Source: Candidatus Caldarchaeum sp. (GTDB taxonomy: Archaea > Thermoproteota > Nitrososphaeria_A > Caldarchaeales > Caldarchaeaceae). From it: 64,000 nucleotides of DNA. Positions 28,050 to 37,729 of this stretch are shown piece after piece. The DNA lies in assembly GCA_038844785.1 (NCBI GenBank), contig JAWBRA010000003.1:25383-89382 (forward strand), read 5' to 3'. The notes beneath the pieces are model-generated. The model had not been told where the DNA came from and did not search any database. It worked only from the letters and a program-made list of their open reading frames with translations. Position 1 is the first letter of the stretch. Each line of letters opens with the position of its first letter. The position numbers and the translations under genes were made by a program.

Positions 28050-28638
28050 TTTCTCTGCCCTTGTTCGGCTGTTTACGGACCTTATAAAGCCAGCGGCAAA
28101 GCTTGCCCACGGAAACACCTCTGTGGCTTATCATGTTCTTCTCATCTGAGGACATTTGGGCGAACGTCTTGTTTTTTCCCTCGGGTATGAAGACGGGGTC
28201 GAAGCCAAAACCTTTCGTCCCCGACGGCTTAACCGCGATAAATCCGCGGCATACCCCCTCGAACGTTTTAGGAGCTGAAACCCCATCATAATAGCAGACA
28301 GTAGACTGGAAGTATGCTCGCCTGTCCTTGCCGTCCAACATTTTCAATAAGTTTAGAAGGCCTATAGTGCGGTAAACGTATGAAGAGTATGGTCCTGGGA
28401 ACCCTCCTAAAGACTTTATGAAAAGCCCTGCATCCTCGACGAAAACCGGACGTTTTAGGATTCTGTATGCATGCAAGGCTCTGAAGACAGCTACTTCTGA
28501 AAGGCTGTCCGACTGTATCTCCATCGTTTCCCCGTAAAAAACCTTCAACCTCATACCATGTTTCTTGAAAATTCCTCTGACCTCGCGGGCCTTACCCCTG
28601 TTGGATGTGACGAAGGTGACGTCAGCTTTTGACGACAT
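28042..28638 (-). CDS. rdgB: XTP/dITP diphosphatase (Ham1)
   Basis: VTSNRGK, EDAGL, GFPGPYS, GFGFDPVF, SHRG. Confidence 0.95.
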   Translation of the reverse strand: MSSKADVTFVTSNRGKAREVRGIFKKHGMRLKVFYGETMEIQSDSLSEVAVFRALHAYRILKRPVFVEDAGLFIKSLGGFPGPYSSYVYRTIGLLNLLKMLDGKDRRAYFQSTVCYYDGVSAPKTFEGVCRGFIAVKPSGTKGFGFDPVFIPEGKNKTFAQMSSDEKNMISHRGVSVGKLCRWLYKVRKQPNKGRENG

Positions 28639-29263
28639 ACCTGCCTCGCCTTCTTATCTCGCTAACCTTTTTCAAAATTTTTTCAACCTGGCCTTCTCCC
28701 GTAACAGAGCGATAGCCATCTAGGAAAAGCTTAACAAAGCTTGAGGATAAGTTGGGAAAAGTGCTTGCGGCAGACCTTTCTAGAAGATGGATGTCAACGG
28801 CCTTCTCCTCCAGCTCCGCGTTGAAGACGCTCAGGCCAAAATCCACCAACCATAGGCCGTCCGAACGGTCCACTATGATGTTTGAAAGCGTCAAGTCTCC
28901 ATGTGCGATGTTTAGGCTGTGCATAAGCCCAACAATCTCTCCAAGCCGTACGGCTCTGTCCAAAGGGTTGGATACGAACCGAAGCTCAACCCCTTCGATC
29001 ATCTGCATGTAGATGGCTGACTGCTTTAGGTCTAGGAAAAGCAGCAACGGTGCCGGAACGCCGTTCTCTGACAGGTATGTCAGCGTCTTAGCCTCGTGCA
29101 CTGTTCTGTTGCGTCTAACTCTAGCGTCTATTGATTCTTGCCTATATCTTTTCGGTAGCCTGTGTTTTTTTACAAGTTTGACGTCTTTCCAGAACGCTTC
29201 CCTAACCACAGCTTCAGCGCCTACCCTGATTACCCTGCCTTCAACAAAGTCTATCAACTCCAA
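28622..29263 (-). CDS. bud32: KEOPS kinase Bud32
   Basis: GAEA, HGDLTLSN, DFGL, AVDIHLL, RRRGRY. Confidence 0.93.
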   Translation of the reverse strand: MELIDFVEGRVIRVGAEAVVREAFWKDVKLVKKHRLPKRYRQESIDARVRRNRTVHEAKTLTYLSENGVPAPLLLFLDLKQSAIYMQMIEGVELRFVSNPLDRAVRLGEIVGLMHSLNIAHGDLTLSNIIVDRSDGLWLVDFGLSVFNAELEEKAVDIHLLERSAASTFPNLSSSFVKLFLDGYRSVTGEGQVEKILKKVSEIRRRGRYVVKS

Positions 29264-30237
29264 CAAACCTCGACCTCGTCCACCCTCATCCTTGGCTTGA
29301 CATAGCTTTCTTCCACGTTGACAAGCTTTCCGCATTTGTAGTGGAGGTAGCCGTTCCAAGCTATCATAGCTCCGTTGTCTCCTGCGTACTCGTCAGGGAC
29401 AACGTGGAGTGATGCGCCTCTGTCACCGCACATCGTCTGAAGCATTTGGCACAGACGTTTGCTGCGGGCCAGTCCACCGACCAACAAAACCTCAGATTTG
29501 CCCGACATGGCTAAAGCCCTTTCCGTCACCTCCGTTAACATGCTGTAAACTGTCTCCGTCAACGAGAGACACACGTCTTGAACAGGTACGCCTGTTGACA
29601 ACAGGTTTTCGGCAGCGGTCAGAATGCCTGAAAACGAGACATCCATCCCTTTGACTCTGTATGGGAGCTCGTAGACGGTGCTACCATCGAGCGCGTAGAT
29701 TTCAGGAGCCGGCATCGGGCCGATGCCTGCAGTTATCCCAAAGGAGTCCAAACAGTTTCCAGCGGCGATGTCAAGGGTTTCCCCTAGAATTCTGTATCTT
29801 TTCTCAACCAACGCCGCTATCAAAGTGTTACCTCCAGCCACGTACAACACCACAGGGTCTCGGCATCCGGTGACAAGTTTTCCAACCTCTATGTGAGCAA
29901 CCCCATGGTTTACGGCTACCAATGGCTTCTTCAGGGCTAGCGCTAAAGTTCTTGCAACCGTGGCCCCTGTTCTGAGGCAAGGGCCCATACCTGGACCCTG
30001 GGCGAAAGCTACCACATCTATGTCTCCAGGAGCTATGCCCGCTGTTTGAAAGGCTTCGGATAGGGCTGAAGGCGCGTTGGCTGCATGCTTCTGCGCGGCC
30101 TCACGGGGATGTATACCGCCTTTTTCAGGCTTGTAAACCTTTCTAACGTTAGACAGTATCTCTCCGTCTGAGGTTACAATTCCGACTCCAAACGTGTGGG
30201 CCGTAGACTCTATGCCAAGAACCAGGGTTTTCCTCAC
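29254..30237 (-). CDS. kae1: KEOPS t6A synthase Kae1
   Basis: LGIESTAH, GGIHPRE, VNHGVAHIE, DNGAMIAW. Confidence 0.96.
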   Translation of the reverse strand: MRKTLVLGIESTAHTFGVGIVTSDGEILSNVRKVYKPEKGGIHPREAAQKHAANAPSALSEAFQTAGIAPGDIDVVAFAQGPGMGPCLRTGATVARTLALALKKPLVAVNHGVAHIEVGKLVTGCRDPVVLYVAGGNTLIAALVEKRYRILGETLDIAAGNCLDSFGITAGIGPMPAPEIYALDGSTVYELPYRVKGMDVSFSGILTAAENLLSTGVPVQDVCLSLTETVYSMLTEVTERALAMSGKSEVLLVGGLARSKRLCQMLQTMCGDRGASLHVVPDEYAGDNGAMIAWNGYLHYKCGKLVNVEESYVKPRMRVDEVEVCWS

Positions 30238-30296
30238 ACCGCCACATACATAGATGGGATAACTATTAGTGTTGCGTAAACATACTTTGGCTGGTC

Positions 30297-32549
30297 ATGA
30301 GTTTCCGCGAACCCATCGTCGTGGTGCTTGGCCATGTCGACCATGGGAAATGCGTAAGCCCGGAGACGATGATAAATGTGGAAAACATGGGATGGTTGAG
30401 AGCCGAAGAGGTGTTTAAAAAGTTTGCGGTGGGAGGCAAAGTTCTTAATTTGGCTGACGGCGTGGCCGTCAGACCAGCTAAACCACCTGTGCTTACAACG
30501 TTATCGAGAAAGCTTGAGCCAAGACGTGCATGCGCATCACTGATCTGGCGTAGAACCCCGCCTCCGGAAATGGTGAGAGTTCATTTCACCAACTCGGAGT
30601 CTGTGGAAACCACGCCCGAGCATCCTTTCCTAGTGGAAAAACGAGGAGTGGTGCGGTATGAAAGGGCTGACCGGCTTAAAGTCGGCGACAACGTTCTCGG
30701 CATGTCAAACAAGTCTCTAACGCTTAATAGAATTGAGCAGGTGGAAACTTTCAAGCCGAATTACTCCTACGTGTATGATTTCACCGTGCCGGGAACCCAT
30801 CATTTCCTCGCAGAGAACATCTTTCTCCACAACACATCGCTTCTGGATAAGATGCGTGGCACGGTGGTGGCTGCGAGAGAAGCGGGAGGCATTACACAGC
30901 ACATAGGAGCCACTTTATTTCCGGTGAAAGCTATAGAAGAGACCTGCCGACTCCTGCTGGGAGAGCTGAACGTCAGGCTGGAAATCCCGGGAATCCTATT
31001 CATAGACACACCTGGACATGCTGCTTTCTCAAACCTAAGAAAAAGGGGTGGGTCGATAGCCGACATGGCTATCCTTGTCGTCGACGTCATGAAAGGTGTT
31101 CAGGAACAGACGAAGGAAAGCATCCAGCTTCTCAGGTCTAGGAAAACGCCTTTTGTTGTTGCGCTCAACAAGATTGACATGATACCGGGATGGAGGCCAA
31201 CACCCTCAGCCCCATTCCAGAAAACATACGCAAACCAGCAGAGGGGGGTGGCGGATGACCTCGAAAATAGAGTCTACAACCTCATGGGCGACCTTAGCTT
31301 TCTAGGCTTCAAGTCCGACCTCTACACGCGGATAAAATCCTTCACCGACACCGTAGCCATAGTTCCCGTCAGCGCTAAAACAGGCGAGGGGATACCGGAT
31401 TTGCTGCTCCTCATTCTCGGGCTGGCCCAGCAGTTTATGAAACAGCGTCTGAGACGTGTGTCCGGGCGTGGAGAAGGCGTTATACTTGAGCTGGTTGAGG
31501 AGGAGGGGCTTGGCGCTACAGCCAACGTAATACTTCACGCGGGAGCCCTCAAGGTTGGAGACAGAATAGCTTACCTGAGCAGGAATGGCCCAGCTGTTAC
31601 AAGGGTCAAAACACTTCTAATGCCAAAGCCCTTGGAAGAGATAAGAGACCCGCGCGAAAGGTTGAGGAGTGTGGAGAGCGTACAGGCCGCTGCAGGCGTG
31701 AAGCTTGTAGCAGAAGGGTTGGAGGAGGCGGTCGCAGGCTCGCCTGTGCTGGTTGTCGTTAATGAGTCAGAGGACCTGCGGAGGATTGCTGAAGAAGCTC
31801 AAGAGTTCATGATTTCTACTGACAAGACGGGAATAGTTATCAAAGCAGACACGCTGGGCACGCTGGAGGCGGCGGTCACATACCTGAGGGAGAAGGGTGT
31901 TCTCATACGTGTGGCTGACATCGGAGATGTATCAAAAAAGGACGTTGTCGAAGCGCATGTGGTTGGACAGAAGGACGAGCTTCTGGGCGTCATTTTGGCC
32001 TACAACGTCAAGGTTGACCAAGAACTGGAAAAGGAAGCCAACAGCAGAGGTGTTCGAGTCTTTAAAGGGGATGTGTTGTTCAGAATTGTGGAAGAATACG
32101 AGAGATGGGTTGAGGAAACCGTACGTCAAAAACAGTTGGCGGAATTCGAGACTTTGACAAAGCCGGGTAAGCTGAAGGTGCTGAAAGACTATATCTTCAG
32201 AAGAAGCGAGCCCGCGATAGTTGGCGTAGAAATTCTTGCAGGCGAGATAAAGCCTGGCATCCGTCTAGTTAACACAAACGGGAAAATCGTCGGCACAGTA
32301 TCCCAGCTGCAGGACAGGGGGCAGCCTCTGCCTTCAGCCGGTAAAGGAGCTAAAATAGCGATATCGATAAAGGAGGGGGTAGTAGGACGAAACATACACG
32401 GCGACGAGGTTCTATACGTCTATGTTCCAGAACGGGATGCGAGACAGCTTTCAGCAAACTACGCAAGCTTACTGGATGAAGCCAGTTTGAAGACGCTGGA
32501 GGAATTTACGGAGATAATGAGGAGACAAAACCCCCTATGGGCACGGTAG
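30297..32549 (+). CDS. infB: Translation initiation factor aIF5B (IF-2) containing a mini-intein
   Basis: GHVDHGK|intein|TSLLD, EAGGITQHIGA, DTPGH, NKID. Confidence 0.96.
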   Translation: MSFREPIVVVLGHVDHGKCVSPETMINVENMGWLRAEEVFKKFAVGGKVLNLADGVAVRPAKPPVLTTLSRKLEPRRACASLIWRRTPPPEMVRVHFTNSESVETTPEHPFLVEKRGVVRYERADRLKVGDNVLGMSNKSLTLNRIEQVETFKPNYSYVYDFTVPGTHHFLAENIFLHNTSLLDKMRGTVVAAREAGGITQHIGATLFPVKAIEETCRLLLGELNVRLEIPGILFIDTPGHAAFSNLRKRGGSIADMAILVVDVMKGVQEQTKESIQLLRSRKTPFVVALNKIDMIPGWRPTPSAPFQKTYANQQRGVADDLENRVYNLMGDLSFLGFKSDLYTRIKSFTDTVAIVPVSAKTGEGIPDLLLLILGLAQQFMKQRLRRVSGRGEGVILELVEEEGLGATANVILHAGALKVGDRIAYLSRNGPAVTRVKTLLMPKPLEEIRDPRERLRSVESVQAAAGVKLVAEGLEEAVAGSPVLVVVNESEDLRRIAEEAQEFMISTDKTGIVIKADTLGTLEAAVTYLREKGVLIRVADIGDVSKKDVVEAHVVGQKDELLGVILAYNVKVDQELEKEANSRGVRVFKGDVLFRIVEEYERWVEETVRQKQLAEFETLTKPGKLKVLKDYIFRRSEPAIVGVEILAGEIKPGIRLVNTNGKIVGTVSQLQDRGQPLPSAGKGAKIAISIKEGVVGRNIHGDEVLYVYVPERDARQLSANYASLLDEASLKTLEEFTEIMRRQNPLWAR
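30351..30833 (+). mobile_element. Mini-intein (161 aa, no endonuclease) in the aIF5B P-loop
   Basis: Starts with Cys; TPEHPF block B; VYDFTV..HN followed by +1 Thr. Confidence 0.95.
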
Positions 32550-32590
32550 CACCATGTTTAAATTGATGAGATAAAAAGGTCTGCGGAGAA

Positions 32591-33001
32591 ATGTCACAGC
32601 AGGCAGCCGGCCCGCGGATGGTTGTCTCAGATCCAGCGGTGAAAAAAGCTACAACAGTCCAGCTAAACCCTCAGCAGTTTAGGCTGTTAATCGGAAAGAA
32701 GATAGGCGATGTTTTAGATGCCTCAGCCTTTGGGTTTAAGGGTGCTATGCTAAAGATTACAGGAGGAACAGACAAGGACGGCTTCCCTATGAGGCCAGAC
32801 GTATCCGGCCCCCGGAAAGTCAGGATTCTTCTTTCAGGCGGAGTTGGCTACCATCCAAGGAGAAAGCCTCCGTCGAAAAAGAAAAAGACTAGGAACAGGA
32901 GGCCGGTAAAAGGTGTCAGGAAAAGGGTTACGGTGAGAGGAAACGTGATAGGCGAGGCTATAGCGCAGATAAACGCGGTTTTGCTGAGGAAAGAGGGTTG
33001 A
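32591..33001 (+). CDS. rps6e: 30S ribosomal protein S6e
   Basis: VVSDP..LKITGGTDKDGFPM..RKRVTVRG. Confidence 0.95.
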   Translation: MSQQAAGPRMVVSDPAVKKATTVQLNPQQFRLLIGKKIGDVLDASAFGFKGAMLKITGGTDKDGFPMRPDVSGPRKVRILLSGGVGYHPRRKPPSKKKKTRNRRPVKGVRKRVTVRGNVIGEAIAQINAVLLRKEG

Positions 33002-33294
33002 GCATGTCTGTCATTTCAGCAAAGATGACGGAGAACAAGCTCATAGGAAGAAGGGTGGTGTTGGCTCACGTCAGCTACCAGAAACCCTTGACAAGGGATG
33101 AGATGAAGCATGTGCTCGCTGAATACTTTAAAGTAGACCCGTCGAACGTCGTAATCAGAAAGGCAGACTTTATAACGGGAACAAAAACAGTAAACATCCA
33201 CGCCCACATATACGGCTCCGTCGAAGACATTAAAAAATACGAGCCAACCCATATACTCATTAGGAATAAGATAGTCGAGAAGGTGAAGAAATGA
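32998..33294 (+). CDS. rps24e: 30S ribosomal protein S24e
   Basis: ENKLIGRR..HIY..KYEPTHILIRN. Confidence 0.85.
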   Translation: MSMSVISAKMTENKLIGRRVVLAHVSYQKPLTRDEMKHVLAEYFKVDPSNVVIRKADFITGTKTVNIHAHIYGSVEDIKKYEPTHILIRNKIVEKVKK

Positions 33295-33449
33295 GCAAAA
33301 AAGGTCTGTGGAACCGTTATGTCCTGAAAAACGGGGTGCTGCATAGAAGCCTAACATCATGTCCTAGATGTGGGCCAGGGTTTTTCATGGCTGACCACGG
33401 CAACAGGCTGACTTGTGGAAAGTGCGGCTACACAAAATTCAAGACGTAG
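33291..33449 (+). CDS. rps27ae: 30S ribosomal protein S27ae, missing from the ORF track
   Basis: Manual translation ..CPRCGPGFFMADHGNRLTCGKCGYTKFKT. Confidence 0.95.
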   Translation: MSKKGLWNRYVLKNGVLHRSLTSCPRCGPGFFMADHGNRLTCGKCGYTKFKT

Positions 33450-33960
33450 CTTCTTCAACAATCTTTTTGACAAGCCTCCAAACACGCTCTCCTCCTCGTA
33501 CAACGACGTATCCTTTCCCTGGCTGTCCGTAAACAAGCAACCCTGATTCAGGAAGCGCCGACAGCGCAGGTAGGGCGAGCAGGTCTTCTTCACCGTCGAC
33601 AAGCACAGCTCCCCTCCCTGCCTTAACCGTCTCAACCACGGCCGCCGCAGCCTCAGGAGTTATTGACCCTGCTGGGTTTGCGACATGGCGGACCTCATAG
33701 CCTTCGATGTTGGGCATCCCCACCTCCCGTCGTTCAACCTTCATGTCAACTATCACGACGTCTGGTTTAACGCCGAGGCTTAAAAAACGTCCGAACGTAT
33801 AATCGCCAACGACAACCAAAGGCTTTGCTTTGGTAAACTCTTCATCAAGCCTTAAATCCCCATACCGCAGTTCTCCGAGAGGTGTTCTAAGCCTTTCTTT
33901 CAACCTCTCGGAGAAGAAGATTACTTTGTTCCAAAAAGGTTCAGTCGACTTTGACGGCAT
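33439..33960 (-). CDS. GTP-dependent dephospho-CoA kinase (DUF359)
   Basis: LRTPLG, VGD, NPAGSIT, VDGEEDLL, YGQPGKG. Confidence 0.9.
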   Translation of the reverse strand: MPSKSTEPFWNKVIFFSERLKERLRTPLGELRYGDLRLDEEFTKAKPLVVVGDYTFGRFLSLGVKPDVVIVDMKVERREVGMPNIEGYEVRHVANPAGSITPEAAAAVVETVKAGRGAVLVDGEEDLLALPALSALPESGLLVYGQPGKGYVVVRGGERVWRLVKKIVEEATS

Positions 33961-34132
33961 ATCTCCCAGCTTTCCTTATGCCCAGCTCTTTAGCTATCTG
34001 CGACTTTTCCACGTCCAAGATTATCAGTAACCCTGAGAAGCTTGTGCTTAGATTAGATGAGCCGCAGGCATCACAAACGTCCCCAACGACTATGCGTCTG
34101 CAGTTCCTACAGGCTTTAGCTCTGGCCGACAC
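33941..34132 (-). CDS. spt4: Transcription elongation factor Spt4 (RpoE'')
   Basis: KACRNC..CDACGS..SQIAKELGI..GRYAVKV. Confidence 0.94.
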   Translation of the reverse strand: MSARAKACRNCRRIVVGDVCDACGSSNLSTSFSGLLIILDVEKSQIAKELGIRKAGRYAVKVD

Positions 34133-34133
34133 A

Positions 34134-34685
34134 TTACTGCACCGCCTTGGCCTTCTCCTCCTCCACCCACTTCAGCGAACCCATCAGAGGCTGGCGTGTG
34201 ACAAGCGAAACCTTGCCCCCAGCCCCGCCTGCAAATGAGACCGCGTTTATCCTAGCCCTTACATCATCCCCGACCGTAAGCTTTCGCCCAGACTTCTTCC
34301 CTAACAGCATATTGTTTTTGTCGTCATATGTTATGAAGTCGTCCATGATCTGCGATATGTGCAGGAGCCCGTCAAGGGGCCCGACTCTGACGAAACATCC
34401 GAAATCCGTTATTTCAACAACCTCCCCCAAAATCACCTCGTTAACTTCAGGCATGTAGGATAACAGCTTGAAAGTACATCGATGGTAGGTTGAGCCATCC
34501 CTCGGAAGTAGCCGGCCGATTCTCTCAACCTTGGCGTCAACAACCATCACCACATACCCCAGCTCCTCATCAACAGCTCCTTCATATCTTTTCTTCAAAT
34601 TGTTCAAGACAACTTGGTCTAACGGCTTACCGAATTCGCTGGGCGATATTCCCACAACCTCCATTGCCTCGACAATTGTAAACAA
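34134..34685 (-). CDS. rpoE1: RNA polymerase subunit Rpo7 (E')
   Basis: GEVVEITDFGCFVRVGPLDGLLHISQIMDD S1 domain. Confidence 0.95.
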   Translation of the reverse strand: MFTIVEAMEVVGISPSEFGKPLDQVVLNNLKKRYEGAVDEELGYVVMVVDAKVERIGRLLPRDGSTYHRCTFKLLSYMPEVNEVILGEVVEITDFGCFVRVGPLDGLLHISQIMDDFITYDDKNNMLLGKKSGRKLTVGDDVRARINAVSFAGGAGGKVSLVTRQPLMGSLKWVEEEKAKAVQ

Positions 34686-34732
34686 TGTTTACACACCTTT
34701 CACTTTCCCAGTATTTATAAATGAGCTCTTCT

Positions 34733-35119
34733 TCAACGCAATATAAGCCTAACTATTGGCTTCCCCGCCTTGCCGACAGAGATGTAGGGGAGACCTGAGC
34801 TCGCCAGTTTTTTCGCCAGCTTTGTGTCGACAGTTATGACCGGCATTTTATGTTCGGCCGCATATTTCTGAAGGGCTTCGTCCACGTTGTACATGCCATG
34901 GAATTGGACGATGTTTGCGTTAATCATTTTCTGTAAAGCCGCTCTTGCAAGCATGCCTTTTTTCCCCCTTTTCGACGCAAGCGTCCTCAACTCATCAACC
35001 ACGTTCTCCAAGATCACTGGCTCTACATGTTCGCCCAGCTTCTGCTCAATCAGTTTCAAGTAGTCGCGACCCTTTTCCAAGCAAAGCAGCAGAAAGCTTG
35101 TGTCCAGAAGTGCTTTCAC
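34733..35119 (-). CDS. PIN domain protein (Fcf1/Utp23-like)
   Basis: LLDTSFL..VVDEL..VDEAL..TVD; conserved context. Confidence 0.88.
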   Translation of the reverse strand: MKALLDTSFLLLCLEKGRDYLKLIEQKLGEHVEPVILENVVDELRTLASKRGKKGMLARAALQKMINANIVQFHGMYNVDEALQKYAAEHKMPVITVDTKLAKKLASSGLPYISVGKAGKPIVRLILR

Positions 35120-36358
35120 CTACCTCCCCACGATTTTACCGTAGCCTATGAGCCTCCATCCCGTCCCAACCTTTCGCGATATCGCAACCTTGCTTCCCTC
35201 TTCAGCGGCAACAGGTCTTGTAAGTTGAATCTCTATCTTTTCATGTCCTCTTTTTGTTACGACACCGCTTGAAACAGCTGATAAAACGTTGACCACTAAA
35301 GCCTCTTTCTCAGCTATCTGTTTGACAACAACGTCGCCTTCAACGCCGAGAACTTTCTCAAACAAAACATACTCGAGCGTTAGGCTGTTCCAAACGGGTG
35401 GCAGGGTGCCCGGCGCGCCGGCTACGTTGCCTACAAGCCCGTCGCTTTTCCCTACAGCGGGGTCTAATGTTGTCTCCACCCCCGTCAAGCCGCCGGGATA
35501 TGCTTTTTCAACCTTTCTGTTCCCAGCCATCAGGCTTGTGGCGGTTGTGTATATCGGCTCGTAGACTGTTTTGCCTTGTTTGGTTTTAGCCAAGCCTGGG
35601 ACGATCTCCAGCTCGTCGCCGACTCTCAGAACTCCTTGGGTTATGGACCCTCCTATAACAGCTCCTTTGATCTGTCTTGCTGGTGTTCCTGGAATGTTGA
35701 CGTCGAAAGACCTTAGAATAGGCATCCTAGCTGGTTTTGTGTGATCCCTCGACGGAGTGGGTATGGTCTTTTCGATGGCATAGAGGAGTGGTTCTATTCC
35801 GATTGAATGCTGGCCAGAGACAGGGATGATAGGTATTGAATTGAATCCGTTTGCCGCCAGATATTTGGTAATCTCTTGATAGTTTTCCAAAGCCCGTTCC
35901 CGGCTTACTAGGTCTATCTTGTTCTGTGCTATTATCAGGTTTTTTATCCCTAGGATTTTAGCTGCCTGGAGATGTTCGCTGTCTTGTGGTTGTGGAAACC
36001 TTTGGCGTGCGTCGGCGACGAATACAGCCCCGTCGAACAAGGCAGCACCCGACAACATTGTAACCATAAGCGAGTGGTGGCCGGGACAGTCTATGAAGGA
36101 AACAACCCTGACAAACTCGTTTTCAACATTGTGGACGGGGCATTTTTGTGATGAATAATAGTTGTAGGGTTCGCTGCACTGGGGGCATCGGTATATCGCC
36201 GCGTCAGCGTATCCTATTCGGATTGTTATCCCTCTTTTAAGTTCCTCGCTGTGCCTAGCTGTCCAAACCCCTGTTATGCTTTGGACGACCGTGCTTTTAC
36301 CGTTGTCCACATGCCCCAAGGTTCCGATGTTTACTTCAGGCTGTTTCGGCAGCGCCAT
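35120..36358 (-). CDS. eif2g: Translation initiation factor aIF2 gamma
   Basis: QPEVNIGTLGHVDNGKS, HSEELKRGITI, DCPGH, WRLIGYG. Confidence 0.96.
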   Translation of the reverse strand: MALPKQPEVNIGTLGHVDNGKSTVVQSITGVWTARHSEELKRGITIRIGYADAAIYRCPQCSEPYNYYSSQKCPVHNVENEFVRVVSFIDCPGHHSLMVTMLSGAALFDGAVFVADARQRFPQPQDSEHLQAAKILGIKNLIIAQNKIDLVSRERALENYQEITKYLAANGFNSIPIIPVSGQHSIGIEPLLYAIEKTIPTPSRDHTKPARMPILRSFDVNIPGTPARQIKGAVIGGSITQGVLRVGDELEIVPGLAKTKQGKTVYEPIYTTATSLMAGNRKVEKAYPGGLTGVETTLDPAVGKSDGLVGNVAGAPGTLPPVWNSLTLEYVLFEKVLGVEGDVVVKQIAEKEALVVNVLSAVSSGVVTKRGHEKIEIQLTRPVAAEEGSKVAISRKVGTGWRLIGYGKIVGR

Positions 36359-36403
36359 TCTATAAATGACGCTCAAAAGCTCTTAAAGTGTTTTATCCAT
36401 CCA

Positions 36404-36814
36404 TCAGACTTCGTCAGGTCTGAAGAATATGGAGCATTCCTTCTCAAAGGATTCTCGGCTGTCGGATGCGTGGATTAAGTTGTCGGTTATGTCGAGGCCA
36501 AAGTCGCCGCGTATCGTGCCTGGTTCGGCTTTCACAGGGTCGGTCGCACCAATCAGCTTTCGAACAACTTGGACGGCCTCCCTACCTTCCCACACCATCA
36601 AAACAACAGGACCGGAGGTAATTGTCTCCACCAACCCCTCGAAGAAAGGCTTGCCTTGGTGAACCTCGTAAAGCCGTTCGGCCTCCTCTCTGGAGATTAT
36701 CTTCGTCCTAAGCTGTTTCAGCCGCAACCCTTTTCTCTCAAGCCTTGAAATTATCTCTCCAACCAATCCTCTTGAAACAGCGCTTGGCTTAAGTATAACA
36801 AACGTCTTCTCCAT
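36404..36814 (-). CDS. ndk: Nucleoside diphosphate kinase
   Basis: EKTFVILKP, PGTIRGDF, NLIHASDS. Confidence 0.96.
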   Translation of the reverse strand: MEKTFVILKPSAVSRGLVGEIISRLERKGLRLKQLRTKIISREEAERLYEVHQGKPFFEGLVETITSGPVVLMVWEGREAVQVVRKLIGATDPVKAEPGTIRGDFGLDITDNLIHASDSRESFEKECSIFFRPDEV

Positions 36815-36825
36815 GCGTGAAGACC

Positions 36826-37008
36826 TCATTCACCTGCTTTCGTCCACTTAAGCTTTCTAGGGTCTTTTCTATGCTCAAGCATGTAAACCCTGCAGCGTCT
36901 GGAGCAAAACCACAGAAGCGTTCCATCGTTTTTTACGTATAGCATTCCCCGGCCATGTATGAACTCTCTGTTGCAGAAGGAGCATCGATGCACAGTCACC
37001 ATCTCCAA
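36826..37008 (-). CDS. rpl24e: 50S ribosomal protein L24e
   Basis: CSFC..FCSRRC..PRKLKWT. Confidence 0.95.
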   Translation of the reverse strand: MEMVTVHRCSFCNREFIHGRGMLYVKNDGTLLWFCSRRCRVYMLEHRKDPRKLKWTKAGE

Positions 37009-37009
37009 A

Positions 37010-37234
37010 TCACTTTATCTTCTCAGCTTCCCTTTCAACGTCCAACAGCATCAAAATGTCTCCTTCCCTAACCGGTCCTTTGACGTTTCGAGAGATTACT
37101 CTTCCCTCATCCTTCCCCTTTAGTATCCTTACCCGCACCTGGGTAACCTCTCCCGTAACACCTGTCCTCCCTACGATCTGCTCTACAACCGCTGGAACGG
37201 GCTCCTCAACTTTCGGCTGCGGCTTTTGGCTCAT
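37010..37234 (-). CDS. rps28e: 30S ribosomal protein S28e
   Basis: [25 protein letters not shown]. Confidence 0.96.
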   Translation of the reverse strand: MSQKPQPKVEEPVPAVVEQIVGRTGVTGEVTQVRVRILKGKDEGRVISRNVKGPVREGDILMLLDVEREAEKIK

Positions 37235-37247
37235 CTAAACAGCCACC

Positions 37248-37625
37248 TCATCTGCCTGATTTTATCTCGTTTATCTTCTTAGCTATTTCCTCCAAATAGC
37301 CTTTCGCCTCACCAGGGTCCGTTATCGAAACCGAGCTTGCTGGAACAGCTAGTCCAGCGACCTCGCCAAGCTGAGCCTTGGAGTTGACGAATGTATATGT
37401 TATTTTCTTTTCTTCGCAGAGGGTCGGTAGAAAAGCCACTATCTCAGGCGGGTCGACGTCGGTAGCTATGACAACAAACTTTGCCTGACCCCTTTCGATA
37501 GATTTGATGACTTCGTTGACGCCTTTCCTTATTTTTCCTGAGGTTCTAGCCAGCCTTACCGCTTCCAAAGTGGCTTTGACAAGCTCTTCAGGTGGTGTGA
37601 AGGTTTGGTAGTATGGATTGGGCAT
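37248..37625 (-). CDS. rpl7ae: Ribosomal protein L7Ae
   Basis: GKIRKGVNEVIKSIERG..DVDPPEIV. Confidence 0.96.
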   Translation of the reverse strand: MPNPYYQTFTPPEELVKATLEAVRLARTSGKIRKGVNEVIKSIERGQAKFVVIATDVDPPEIVAFLPTLCEEKKITYTFVNSKAQLGEVAGLAVPASSVSITDPGEAKGYLEEIAKKINEIKSGR

Positions 37626-37729
37626 GGGCCTTCATCTCCGTCAAGCTCTTTGAAGTCCACAACTTAAAGCTTATTTAATAAAGCTATTAACAACCGGTGG
37701 GACAAGCCTAAATCCATCCACTCCGACAG

